A DNA stretch of 64,000 nucleotides from Eutreptiella sp. 'Long Island Sound 2002'. Taxonomy: Eukaryota; Protista; Euglenida. Below are positions 24,506-37,082 of the stretch, one piece after another. Position 1 is the first letter of the stretch, and every line of letters begins with the position of its first letter. A program made the position numbers and the translations under genes. Under the pieces are notes generated by a model. It was given only the letters and a program-made list of their open reading frames with translations. It made no database searches and had not been told where the DNA came from. Where the stretch lies: the NCBI GenBank assembly GCA_964036045.1, contig OZ038378.1, positions 18,104,001-18,168,000 on the forward strand, read 5' to 3'.

Positions 24506-27100
24506 TAGGATGTTTGAATATCACCTCTTTTGTGTTGCAGCGCCTTGTGTGTCACATCCCAAACACCAACCAATAGTAGAGCAGAGTGATCGTAGTTTAT
24601 CTAAAGTACACAGCACATGGAGAACTATAGAAGGACCTCCATGCAATGCATCACGACCAATGCCGCTTGGGCACAATCATCATTTCAACTGCAATAGTAC
24701 CTGTGTGATTCAGGTAAGTACAATGGGTTGGTGTAGGTATGTACGGATCACCTGGGCAAATAGCTAAGGTTCTGCCGGAGTCATGAAGATTCAAACAGAA
24801 GCTGGCGCCAGATACTCACTGCCCACATACTACCACTAGGGAGGAAACAGTTCAGTGGGAGGTGGTTAAAGCACTCATTTGGCCATACTAGACTAAAACA
24901 TGGGGGTCATGTCCGGGGGAAGGCGGGGCAAAAAAGTAAGGCTTCTTTATCGAGTTTCGTCCCCTTAACCACACCCGCTGCACCCAGTGGAGCAAGCTGC
25001 CGAGAAATAGGGCCGGCGTAGGTGTGCAGAGGAAAATTATGAGTCGGAGTCCGAGCAGGACTCCGTGTGGGCTGAGCTAGTGTTGGCATAGGTGCAGGCG
25101 GGCGTGGCCATAGCGGACAACCCCAACTCCTGCATGTGGTTGTGAAATTCAAGTGCTGGGAAAAAGGGCCACTTGCGCGGGGGGGGGGGGGTCCCTAACG
25201 ATAATCAATAAATCATCAACACACAATAATATAGTAACAGAGGGTGAGGACTTCCTCAAATAGATCGCACTTGGTGAAGTCAAAAGAGCGAATAGACAGG
25301 AGGAGAGCGAGCAGCCCTATCGAATGCCAAATGTGGGGACAATGGTGGCATGCAACATCACAAGATCATGCACAATTAGTGCCATCGGTGCTTGAAACAA
25401 GAGCATCAGGATGTGTACCATTTCTAGTGGTAGGCCCATGTGCGTGAAAAATGCTTGTGTGTAGGAGTGGGCTACCGAGTTGCAAGCTTTCTGGACATCA
25501 CTCGGGCAAAAAATGCCCTCTTTTGTAGTGTCCCAGGAAGCGAAATTGTTCCACAAATGGTCGAAAAGGCACCTTCCCTTGATAATACCTTTCTGTTGGA
25601 CCGGGGTAAGTGCTGGCACAAAATCCTGAAGTTGTAAAGAAATGCACAATGTGATCCACTTATGGTATGTGTTTTGCAATACGAGGGGCCTCGGGTCTTT
25701 AATAGAGAGTGTCCCTTTTGCTTTGGGGATGACGTTTAGCAGGGCGAGGGCCCATGTGTCGTTGATACGGCCTTAACTATAGTACCCTTGCAACAGGCGG
25801 TACCATGCAGGTGACAACTGTTTTGCAAAGACTGCATAAACGGAGCAAGGGATTACATCCAGTCCTAGAGCCGAGGTTGTGTTCAGTGCAAGAAGTGCAC
25901 CGTGAACAAAGGGTACTAAGAAGGGCTTGATAAGCATTTTAGCCATCAACAATATGTTTTTGGATTGGAAAAATAAAGATAGGTAGGAATGGCATTCACT
26001 CATAGGCCTGTCCTCCACTGACATAGTTTGCTACAAGAAGGACCGCATTTCATTAGCAATAGTGTCTGCATCATGTTTTCCCTATTTTATGGCGAAGAGA
26101 TATCGACTTTCTCTTTGTTTGCAACCGCATGACCACATGCCACACTTCTTGTCGCTTTTTGAGCAGCACGGCATCATACGGCTCAGAAATAATACTTTTC
26201 AATTTGTCTAGCACCATGGCACAAGACCGGTCCCTTTGTGGCGTTTCCGTAAAGTGCACTAGGACCGAATAGGCAACCGCTGCTTCCTTAACGGACTTGT
26301 AGCCCTGGGACCATAGGTACTGCCAGGCTTGCGGGCAGAGCCGCTAGTGTGTAGACTCCATTACCAGGCTCTGCATTTTTGTAAAGCCTGTGTGTGTGGT
26401 GTTTCATACTTATTAGCTCTGTTGCAAATGAAAGCTAGAGCTTTTCCCCACTAGACCTCTCCCTCACCTAAAATATCTGTAAGGTGGTGCTGTATCTCCG
26501 AGATTTCATACTCATCCTTTAAAAATGTGACCAGGCACGGCTTATGACGGTTTTCTTTTGGCTGAAGGAAAGCCCCATGTCCAGCCATGGGGGTCGTGAT
26601 CTGGTGCCCTGTCCACATGTGCACACGTGTAAGCATCTACGAGACCAAATTTCATAAGAGTGGAGGCTTCTTCCTATGTCCATCTAAAAAAACACTCTGC
26701 TCAAAGTTTGCTTGGGGATTTGCAATGTCTCTGGTTGGGAGTAGGACTGAGTTGTGATCACAGAGCCATATGGTGTTTCACGGGATCGGGGGTCGTGGCC
26801 GCGTGGCTATGTCTAGGCATTGCTTTTTTCGAAGGGTGCTGTATGTAGTTTGGGAACAGAGTTCTTCCCATGGAGTTTTCGCATTACGTCGGTCAGCAAC
26901 TCTGGGCACAAGCAGCCTAAATTATGTCTTCTTAAAGTTCTTGAAAAGGGACGATCTCCAAAAGAGCTGGTGTTTGAAGAGCCTGAGCTGCCTAGCAACT
27001 TGTATGCTGCGCAAAGCCACGTTTCCTAGTTTGCGGATCTTTACCTTCTTTTGGACTCAACCAAAGAAAACTTGGACGAGGTGCCGGGGTTGAACCCAAA
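23800..27100 (-). mobile_element. Decayed L1/Tx1-like LINE (APE endonuclease plus RT)
   Basis: CDHNSVL and PDHDP (APE); SALGLDVIP, IPKAKG..PRPLVLQNTYHKW, QKGIIKGR, DVQKACNSV, GIR*GCSLS, CVDDLLI; post-RT LGHVTLEEAFAPALQKALGRAH. Confidence 0.8.
24465..24502. repeat. (AT)n microsatellite
   Basis: Uninterrupted AT dinucleotide run. Confidence 0.95.
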
Positions 27101-29101
27101 GCCACCAAGTATGTTTTCACTGTCTTGATTGATGAGGGGCTACACACGGTTGTGAACACCTTCGATGGTAAGCCCAGGTTTGCTTTGATGTTAGTTGACT
27201 GGTAATGAAGGCGCTACCATCAGTTTGTCCCGCATATGTTTGGCTTTGTATTTTCTATACTGTGTCAAGGAGCAGACATTCTCCAAAATGATTCTGCTAC
27301 CATTTAGCAAGTTTCTTACAATAAGGTTCGCATTGGCTTGACCCCGGAAACCAGACAGCTTCTGAATGCAAAATTTTCTGAAATGTCCACCATGAACTTT
27401 ATATTGAAAAACAAAGAAACAATGGACTATGCCACTGCGTATGACGGTGACAAATAGATGTATCCAGTGTCATGTCAGAGTGGGGTTCAATTGAGGTATG
27501 CTACCAAACAATGCTGCCACCCAAGAACGCCATCAAAGCTGCTCACATCAAACAAGCTGAAGCAGGATCAACAAAAGGAAGAGATGGCCTTGGCGTTTAA
27601 ATGCGACGCCAATTCAACATGATGCCGCCTTGCAAGCAACTGCTTGGGAAGGCAGCCAGTTTGTCTGCCGGTTGTGGGCCACACCCTCCATTGTGCCACT
27701 GGACTCACAAGCTCCCCATCAGGCCCAGCAGGTCTCGTGTTTCTTGAGCTCACCTATAAAAATTGCGACTTTTAATTGCAATGGTCTGCTAAACTTCCCG
27801 GCGTGCCACTCAAATTGGGATGCACGGCCGGGGCTACGTGTTCTTACAATTATGCGGTACGTCCTTCATCAAAGTTTTGTTGCCATCTCCCAAAGCCGCA
27901 TCTGCTGTATCCAAAAGGTGCTGCTCTAAAGATACGTCAAACGTCGCTGTGGGTTACCCCCACAATGCGTGAGAACAAACAGGAGCTTTGGTGGTAGAAG
28001 GTACGGGTAGAGGGGGAATCCTTGCACTACGTGCGCACCGCGCTCTACTTTTAGACTATGTTCCCCCCGATGAGCCCCTAGGCACACCCCTTGGAAACGC
28101 CCTTAGAAAAAGGTGAGCCAAACTACCCCAGCTCAAGAAAGTTGCAAACTACCTTCCCTTCACATAACATACATCATTCACAACTGGAAAAGCCCTGAAC
28201 AGCGCATTGGTCGCCACCCTCAACAACACACACACACACACACACACGTCTTTTTGTTCCAGTGTCAACTAAGTACAAATTGAGAATATGCGACTTGTGT
28301 GCACAACATGACACAGTTGCAGAATTAAAGAAATGTCACATTGTCACGTGTGTGTGTTTGTGTGTGTCAATGCAATCCGTACAATATTGCAGTTCACACT
28401 TGTTACACATGGACATCTTTTCAGGGTGGGACTTGGTGCAAGAAAGGGCACAGGCATCCCCATCATCACCCACAACATCCTCATCATCATTGTCCTCCTG
28501 TGTACGTGCCCTATAGAAACCATGAAAATCATTGTACTCCTTTTTTCCCTTGGTCAAAGTCTTTCGACCGATAAATGGCCATGTCACATGGAGGTGCCCC
28601 TTGTATGCACCATCCATGGAGCCAATAGTGCTATTGAGGATAACCAGCTCACAGTTCTCTCCTCCACGTTGGAGGCCCCTCGAGTTGGGGTGATGGACTC
28701 CCACGCTTCGGTGTGGCCCCTTGAGTTGGGGATACGGACTCCCACGCTTTAGTGTGGCCCCTTGAGCAACATCATGAGCCATTGGCCCCCGGGACATCAG
28801 CGGGTGTTCTCATTTGGGATTGCGAAGGGCCCAAACAACAATTGGCCCAGTTTCCTCAATAGCACCGGAAGGTTGAAGACCCACAATTGGGCTGATTGGC
28901 TACATCACCCCTGCCTTCTCGGGGTCCCCGTGGTGGGCAGAAATCAACGTAGAAAAAGAGTGGATGTGGTGAAAATGAGCAAAATAATGTGTGCAAAAAG
29001 GTAGAAATGGGTGAAACAAGGTGAAAATCCAAAAATGTCATATCCTCAATACATCAGAACCTATTGCCAAACAACAATGATGCCCAAAGTACCACAAAGT
29101 A

Positions 29102-29676
29102 CCCCCCCCCCCTTGCGCAAACACGGGCCAGGTTCTGGTTCCAGGATCAAAAGTGAGGAAACATGGGGTCCCCGTGTTTGGACAAGCCCGTGTTAGCGCG
29201 TGGCACGTACTGCGGAACACAAGTTGCAGGCATAGCCCAACCTTAACCCTCCCAACATGATAGCACATTTACCTCCAGCTGGCTCTTGTTCATGCCCGTT
29301 GCGCTCATACACAATGTGAATGTACTGCTCACCTCGTGTTGAGGGACCCAAAACTCGAGCAGGCACAAACTCATTGTTTGTGTACCGCTGGTATGTGATA
29401 GGCTGTCCAGCAGCGAAAAGAGAATCGTTCATGACTATGAAAGAGTGTCCAACAGACCGGCATACACCCCAGAGTACAAGAGCACATGGAATTATAGCTG
29501 TAGCAACACTTTGTCAACCATATTGACCCTTCCTGCATCCTGCACAAAGCTAGAAACCACGTTCTCTATTGGATCAGAACCGCAAAAACGACGGTTAAAA
29601 AAAAAAGACCAAAAGTGCGGAAACACGGGGTCTCCGTGTTTGGACAAGGCCGTGTTAGCGCAAAGGGGGGGGGGGG
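29102..29676. mobile_element. MITE-like element with poly-C/poly-G TIRs flanked by TA
   Basis: TA|C11-TTGCGCAAACACGG ... CCGTGTTAGCGCAAA-G12|TA, with an internal direct repeat of about 55 bp (about 29148 and 29609). Confidence 0.75.
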
Positions 29677-31992
29677 TATGGGTTTTTACTTTGGCTGGAT
29701 GCCCAAATAGTTGCACTCGCACCACGCGCGCACAGCTTAAGGCGCCCCCAGAGAATGAGCTTCAGTAGCTGGGTGAGCCCTGTTGATAGTCTCCTCCCCA
29801 GGACTTCCACTGTGGCGTGTAACGACTAGAAAAAGAATTTCTAGGTCGATATTTGGTGGCCCGTGGAATTGTCCTTGATGGTCTTGACTCGAACCAAGCT
29901 AGGCCAACCCCACCATGTGTCTGTTGACTAGGCTTGGCTGCACTTGGTTGACCGTGGGCTGTTGCGAGCCTCTGTGTGTTGTGTGTGTTGTCAGAGATGA
30001 TGCAGCAGGGCACGTTGTTAAATAGGACGGGTGGATGGGGGAGGGGTGTGCGTGCCCGGTACTCCGGGCCATGGCAGCAGGGCAGGGGAGTCCTACACTA
30101 AGGCTACCGGGGGAGTCTGTGGCTTGGGTGACGTGCAGCTTCCTTCAGCCCACAACTGACCCCACAGGGTGCACGGGGTGTGTGGTCTGAGGTGCTCCTT
30201 GGCTGACCCAGAGGGTCACAGGTGGCAGTGCACAGAGTGCCAGATTGGGTGGGGGAGTCCCAGTGGATGGAAGGTCTGGGGAGTGCTGAGCACTTCCTTG
30301 CCACAGGAGCACTCGAGGGAGCAGAGCCCGCTGCGCCTCACCTCAGGCGGTCACATGAGATGAGACAGGATTCCAAGGGGTACACCGCTCGCCGACCCCT
30401 CCTAGGGAGCACAAGGGGGGGGTCAAATGCAAGACAGGGCCGCACCCCTACCCCCCATGCCAATGGCCCGGGCCAAGATTCTTCTTTCCCGAAAGGGGGG
30501 CCATTAACAGGGGGGGGGGGGGGGGCATTGGCATGTAGGAGGTCGGGCCATTGGCTCCGAGTATTTTCAAAAAGACCAACATGTGAGCATTTTCTCACCC
30601 GTGCATCTTGTTGAGGAATTGTTTGGATGCATCCCTTCTAGGGCGCACATCGTTTGAATGGTTGTAGATCTCACTTCCTTCCGTTTTTTTGGCTACTCAC
30701 GTGTCATGCATACAAAGCACTCTGTAATTATGAACAACCCAGGCAGCTGCTGTATGGGCAACATACACGTTGGCTCTCTAGGGTTTGGAAGTCCTCAAGC
30801 CCAAGCAGCTCTTGAATGGGTAACATGCAATATGCAATATTGTTCAAACAAAGACCACAAGCACTTCCATCCATGATATTCCTCCCCTTCATGACCAAAA
30901 TAATCTTTTGTGTCCAACTTGCAACACTTTGCAGCTCCAAAATAAGCCAAAACATGGGATTCTTCAACAAAAAACCCTTAGGGGGGCCAAGATTCTTCGT
31001 TCCTGAAAGGGGGGGCATTGGCCGGGGGGTGGGGGGTTCATGATGCTTCATTCCGGGTGGGGGGGCCATTGGCAAGGGGGGGGGGGATGGTAGGACATAA
31101 AAAGATCAACCTGCCTGCAAAATGGAAAGACAAGCCCAGATCATATTCCCTCAGATATTTTAGCCTCCAGCGCGCATTGGCCACACGTACTCCTAGAGAT
31201 CACCATGCGACGGCATCAGGAGATGCAAGAGGATTGCAAGAAGCCCACGGCGAAAATAAAAAACCAACCCAAAACATTGTTTGTGAAGGCTCAAAGAGTT
31301 CAAAGCATCAGAATTTGGGTTTACAGCCGCACACCCTGCCCCCCCCCTCAAGACATGGATCCGTGCACACTAAAAAACAACTCATCATCATCATCAGTGG
31401 ATCAACAAGACTGAGGGGGGTAGGGTTCACTGCAAAACCTCCGCAAGGGCGGTTTGGCAGATGTACCTCCACTGCTGCGTGTCCCATGGCTGACGAGAAG
31501 CGGAAGAGCCTGTGCGGGGCAACAAAAAAATCCAGAATGCATTTTTCAGGTCAACATGGATGCCATAGAGCGGCACTTCAAGGGGGTATTAGGACATGAT
31601 CCACAACAGATCTTCCGGTGGGGACTTGTTAAGATCCTGTTGGTTTATTCTACACAACTAAGGATCAAGCTTAACTTCTCCAAGGATTTGGGGGTCACGA
31701 AGGGGTGTCATATGGGCGGCAGGGGTTCGTTGGGCACCTCGTAAACCCCCACCCCTGAAGACAACAATCAACCTCTCAATCACCAAAGAAATCCAACTGG
31801 AAGCGCCCTCAGGCAGTTTTCCCCCGAGACCCAGTCCTTGAGATTGTTAACCGGGAGCAGTAGGGCGAGGTGCTCTACTGTTCCCCCTCCTCCATTGTGT
31901 GCCTGGTTGCGTTGGACAGGGGGATACTGGATAAAGGGCTGGGTCCGCTCCCAGCAGTTTTCCCATTCCTGATCATATTTGGGATTCCACAG

Positions 31993-32303
31993 TCGCGCCT
32001 TTTACGGTTATGGGCTGAAGGATTTTGATGTGGAGCACGAGGCTGCCAGAAAGCTGGGCACCGCTGACGCTAACCGAAAATCTTCTGCTGTGCTAAAACT
32101 GCAAGCTACCACATTCGCACCTGGGTCTGAGTTTGGACATGGGGGCAGGTATTTTGCAGATGCCAAGGGGCCGTTTCTGGTGAAACTGTCTGTTGCTGAT
32201 CGCCTGACACACTGCGCATCGATATTTGTGTGGACGGCTGGACGTGTGGACTGGGAATCAGCAGCAGGGCCATCGCCTTCCCCCCTCCATCCGTTCCCTT
32301 TGG
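31993..32303 (+). CDS. Possible internal exon of an unidentified gene
   Basis: Open frame RAFYGYGLKDFDVEHE...SIFVWTAGRVDWE between ttccacag and G|gtacgt. No family recognised and no in-phase neighbouring exon found. Confidence 0.3.
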
Positions 32304-34798
32304 GTACGTCCTTATCATGCAACCACCCAAGCCGCAGGCCATGGGGCGCTAGTCAATCCATCCCCCAGACAGGCTGTCATCAGCCTCCACACCATCCGTT
32401 TGCCATCCCTGGGTCTCTAATGGGGCTAGGCCAAGGGGTGCTGAGCTCAACCGCCCATACCATATCAGGTGGGCCTGCAGGGGGAATGGGGGCGGGGGCG
32501 GGCGGGCCAGGGATCGCCCTCTGCCCCGGTGCTTCTCAGTGGTATCACAAATGGTCGGACGAAGGAAACTGCAAATACTTCTTCAACTGCTCGCGGGAAC
32601 GATGGTTCAGTACAACCCGGACAACAGTGGCAGTTGCAGTCTGCCCAGCTGTGTAACCCCGACCCCTGTCTCAGCATAGTGACCGTGTCTGGCTGTTGCT
32701 TTTCTGACCAGTTGTTGCTGCCCGTTACAGCATCTACCTGAGACAGCCAAAGAATTACTGTTTGTCGCGAAGTGATACTCGATGTTGCCGTACCGGCCCA
32801 CACAAGTTCCTCTGCACTGGCAAGCAGATGCTGTGCAGCATGACCACACTGGAACACACCGCCCACGCTCCAGGAACAATTTGGGAGGCATCCAAGCTGA
32901 CCCACAGTCGCCCGGCGAATGCGCCCATACCGTTTAAGGGCGAAGCGCTCAGCAGCAGGGCTTGGGCAAGAACACGTGCCGTGCTGCCTCTAAATAGAGG
33001 CTTGATAAGTTGATCTGAGTTCATTGGCTTCAGCGTCTCAAGAGATATATTGCAGTCTACGATGCATCAGAAAATGCATGTGCCCACATGCACCCAATTT
33101 TGCTTTGACTTTCCCTTCGCAATCGTTCTCCATTTAGAAGAGTTATGCTATGTGATGCAGAGTCTGGGAATCCTCCCTGAGTGCTCAAGTCCTGTGACCG
33201 ACCAGTGACTCAAGACCAGCAGAAGAGGCTGCCACACACACACACACATGGCGCTACAATGCACAACAACGTGCTGGACGGGGTCCTCATCATTTCGGAC
33301 AAACCCTTTGCTACGCGCTGCACACATATGCCACAAACCCAGCACCGCAAAAGCCATTGGACCATTGGAACCATTGGAGAAATGTGTTGGACAGGCTATG
33401 GTCGTTGTGCTTTGTGCACGGCGCACGGGGAGGGGGGGGGGGGGGTGCAAAGCAGGGCGGTGGGGTGTTAAGGCTTTGCTCAGGGAGGCGGTCAACGTTC
33501 TGCCTGGCCTCGGTAGGAGCATTTGCAACCTGAGCCCAGGCAGCAAGACCGCCGGGGCCGAGGTGGAAGGAGTCTTGACCCTGGGTTTGGAGGCCACTTG
33601 GGGTGCGGATGCTTCAACAGGCCACGCATCCCTCACCCCACCGTTCTCTGAGACACTGTCCGCAACACAAACGGAACAATGAACGGTGGTCTTTCACTTT
33701 GCCTCTTTGAAGAATCCTGTCAGCAGAGGCACCACGGCAACATCCTCCAAGCTGCCCCGATGGGCAACCACCTCATTGCACAGATGCAAAGATTGTGGCT
33801 GCACATCCCCCGCCGTATCAGGGCCACACACGTTCTCTCCGATGCCAGGCCACACCCAAATCGAGCGTCGACGGTGGCAAACCATCCCCTGCTGTATCGA
33901 GGCCGCACCCCCCCCCCCCCCCCCAAACGGTAGATTTCACCCCTGAACCAAAAACCAAAATACTTTGTTTTGAATTGTTTTGCTGTGACCTCAGTAGAAC
34001 TTTTTGTATTTGTAAATCCGAGTACCAGAAAAAATACAACCCCGGCCTGAAACACCCCCGCCATGGAGAGTGAGCAATGGGCGGTTCTGATCGACTGAAT
34101 GCCCCCGCTACGGGCACTTTCAGCCATCAGTTCAATAAATTGTGTGAATATTCCCCAGCCTTGGCCTCAAAAGGTCAGGTGTGGACCCGCCACTTCGCTC
34201 CAGCCGCGCCTCCCTTCACACGGCCTTCATCGCTCATCAGTTCCATCGCAGATCGTTCGGTGTTCACCGGGCAATTTTCATAGCAGTTGCCCCCTGTCAC
34301 CTGGCTGGGGTACAAACTCTATGTGAACGTGGGCGATGCTCTTCCGCTGTTGTTGTTGATCAGATAGACCTCGTTATCACGTGTTCGACAAGTGCAATAC
34401 CCCGATCAAGCGCGGTGCGACGTGCACGCCGACAGGATCTGACTGAGTCCTCCTGCGATGACCACTTGTGGTCATTCAACATCGCCGCCGCGGAGCAGCA
34501 AACATCCCATCCCTCGCACACCGCGCCTTGAGGCTGCCTCTGGCACCAGCCGACCACAATTGCTTTGTCTAAGGCCCCTGCATTGCACTGGCATTGATGG
34601 TCTGCTCCTGCGCTGCACATTCAGTGCGCGAGACCAACGACCAGAAGCCACGCGAGCGGGTGTACCTCCAGAACGCTGCGGGACGCAGCGTGCCCTCGAC
34701 GCACCACCGGAACACCCTCCCCCAATCAGGACTGGGCCATGGGGAGAGGGTGGCACGAAGGCGTCCACGAAGTCACTAGCCCACGGTGCGGCGGCCCC

Positions 34799-35591
34799 TC
34801 AGCCCGCGGCTCTGGAGGCCGTCACGAAACCCCCCGGACGCACCGCGTTCGATGTCCCCTTCGGGGGCGCCTTCAGTCTCCCATACGCAGCGCCGACCTC
34901 CCCCGGCGACCGCACCGTCGCCTTCCACCCGTAGCCCCGGAAGAAGTCCTTCGCGTCGTCACACCCAAACTTCCAGTTGTCGGCCCAACGGCCCGTCCGG
35001 TTTGCCGAGGCCGTGCCGATCACATCGCCGCCGATCCAACTGCCGGGCCCCGCAAGGCCCCCGATCGCAGTCATGACGCGGTCCACCTCCGCCGGATCGA
35101 GGTAGTACAACAGCCCCTCGAGCAGCCAAATCGAAGGCGCCGAGGCCACAAACCCGCTCTCGACGAGGCGGTCCGCCCAGGCCGCGTCCCGCAAGTCGGC
35201 GGCGATCGGATGCCACTCGCATTGGGGCGCCACCGCCTGCAGCACCGTGGCCTTGTGCCCCAGCAGCGTGCGGTCGTCGAGCTCATAGATGTGAGTCCCC
35301 TCGGGCCATGCCATGCGCCAGGGCCGCGTGTCAAGGCCCGCCCCCAGCACAACAATTTGGCGGGCCCTCGGAGCGTGGCGCTGGAGGAAATCATCGAAGA
35401 AGCGGGTCCGGACGGCATTGTCCTTCTTGGTCAGAGCCGCCTGCGTGATCGCCTCCGCACCCGCCAGCGTCTCGGCGAAGGGGTCGCGGAACAAGGCGTC
35501 GGGCCTGCGCGTTTCGAGGGCGCGGTGTCCAGCCATCACTTTGGCGGTCCATGAAACCTCGACTCCCGGTGCTGCTTGGAGGCCAGCAACC
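34799..35591 (-). CDS. Leucine carboxyl methyltransferase-family (TIGR00027/mycobacterial-type) SAM-dependent methyltransferase, main exon
   Basis: SWTAKVMAGHRALE, ALFRDPFA, VRTRFFDDF, QIVVLGAGLDTRPWR, IYELD, ADLR, WLLEGLLYYL. Acceptor ccgccctgcctcag, phase 2. Confidence 0.9.
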
Positions 35592-36930
35592 CTGAGGCAG
35601 GGCGGGGCGTGGGGGGGAGGCAGTGGGGGGCAATACTGGGGGTGTGGGAGAGGCTGGAGGGGGCAATAGAGACGGTGCAGGGGAGGCTGATCCTCAGATG
35701 TTGGCTTCTGGTACAACCACTGCCCATCCCCCTGCAATCTACTTAAATTTCATGCCGGTGCCACAACAAAATCTACCGCCTCCAGATTGTCTACGGACCC
35801 TTCTGCGCCACCCCAACTGGCGCTTGAATTCCCAGGAAGATCCCTTCTGTCCTCGTTAAACCCCCCGCCCTCTGCGCTTCCCCCACCTACGCACGGGGAT
35901 AATTTCCCCAGCCCTCAAGGGGAACGGTCACAATCCACCAAAACTGCAGTGCATGGGAAGTGGGGCACAAAAATCCTGGAGGCACAACATACACACATTG
36001 CAAGGAAGACACTTTGGGGGAGTGTTTGCCCAGCACGCACCCGGCAAACTACTGTTGTGCCAAGTATTCTGGACTTAGCCCCACATTTATCCTCCCCCAG
36101 AGAAGCCCCCAAGCACCCCAACAGACTACAATGAACCCCAAACCAAAAAAGGACTTTTCCAAATGGCCTGCCAAAACAGCCCGTCTCTAGAACCCCCTGA
36201 CCCATGATTTTTGGGGAGCACTCCCCCCCCCCCCCCTCTGACAACAATTTCTCGACCATCCCGACTGCTCCCCCGTTGGGGACACCTAACACAGGGTCCC
36301 GTGTATGTCCACCTTGGAGGTTTGCCTCCATACCAATTCTTGGCACCAAAGTGACGGTTCCCCCACCCCCAACGGGGGGACGTGCAGCGGAGATGACAAA
36401 GGGGGAGCAGGGGGCTTGAGGAAGGCTTGGGGACAAAATTGGAAAAATGAATCTTGCGACTTGTATACTGCATGTCCAAGGACCTGGCGTGCATTATAAG
36501 CTCCGAGTTCAAATACCGGGGGGCAACAGGACAAGTTGTGGTGCTGCAATGTGTACACTCTGTGGCACATGTGCCCTTCCAGTCATTGGACAGGGCCAAA
36601 ACGAAACAACAAAAAATTACATGAGCTGAACCATCAGGTCCAGGATCAATCCCAGAAAATGTTGCAACAACTCTAGTAAAGAGTCCTCCTCATCTGGAGC
36701 ACAATGTGGTGGTGCGGCTGTGATGAGTGGAATTCCACTTCACTGTTTGCAGGCAACCAACAGCGTTGACAACAGCTGCCGTGCACAAGTTGACGACAGT
36801 TGGCTGACCGACAAGATTTGGCTGGCAACTGGCAAACCGTGGCAGTTTGTGGTGGCCGGCGGCCTAGGGGGTCCTTCACAGGCGTCCCTAGTGGAGTCCA
36901 AAAAGCCCTGCGGCATGGGAGAGCGTTTAC

Positions 36931-37082
36931 CAAGAGCAAACAGTGACGCTGACGCCGAGTCCAGCAACGCAAAAGCTTATGAGGAAGCACCACCATCTTC
37001 GGTATGGGCGATGGACTTCTTCATAATGATAGATGCCGTCATCATTGTCCACGTTCAATGGGACTTGCTCCCCCAGAGCCAT
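36931..37082 (-). CDS. Probable first exon of the methyltransferase gene, encoding a signal anchor
   Basis: Acceptor tttgcag 8 nt before ATG. Encodes MALGEQVPL...RPYRRWWCFLISFCVAGLGVSVTVCS. Donor TG|gtaaac is phase 2, matching the acceptor at 35591. Confidence 0.6.

Noticed and set aside
34739-35554. Plus-strand ORFs overlapping the methyltransferase
   Set aside because: Antisense shadows of GC-rich coding sequence.
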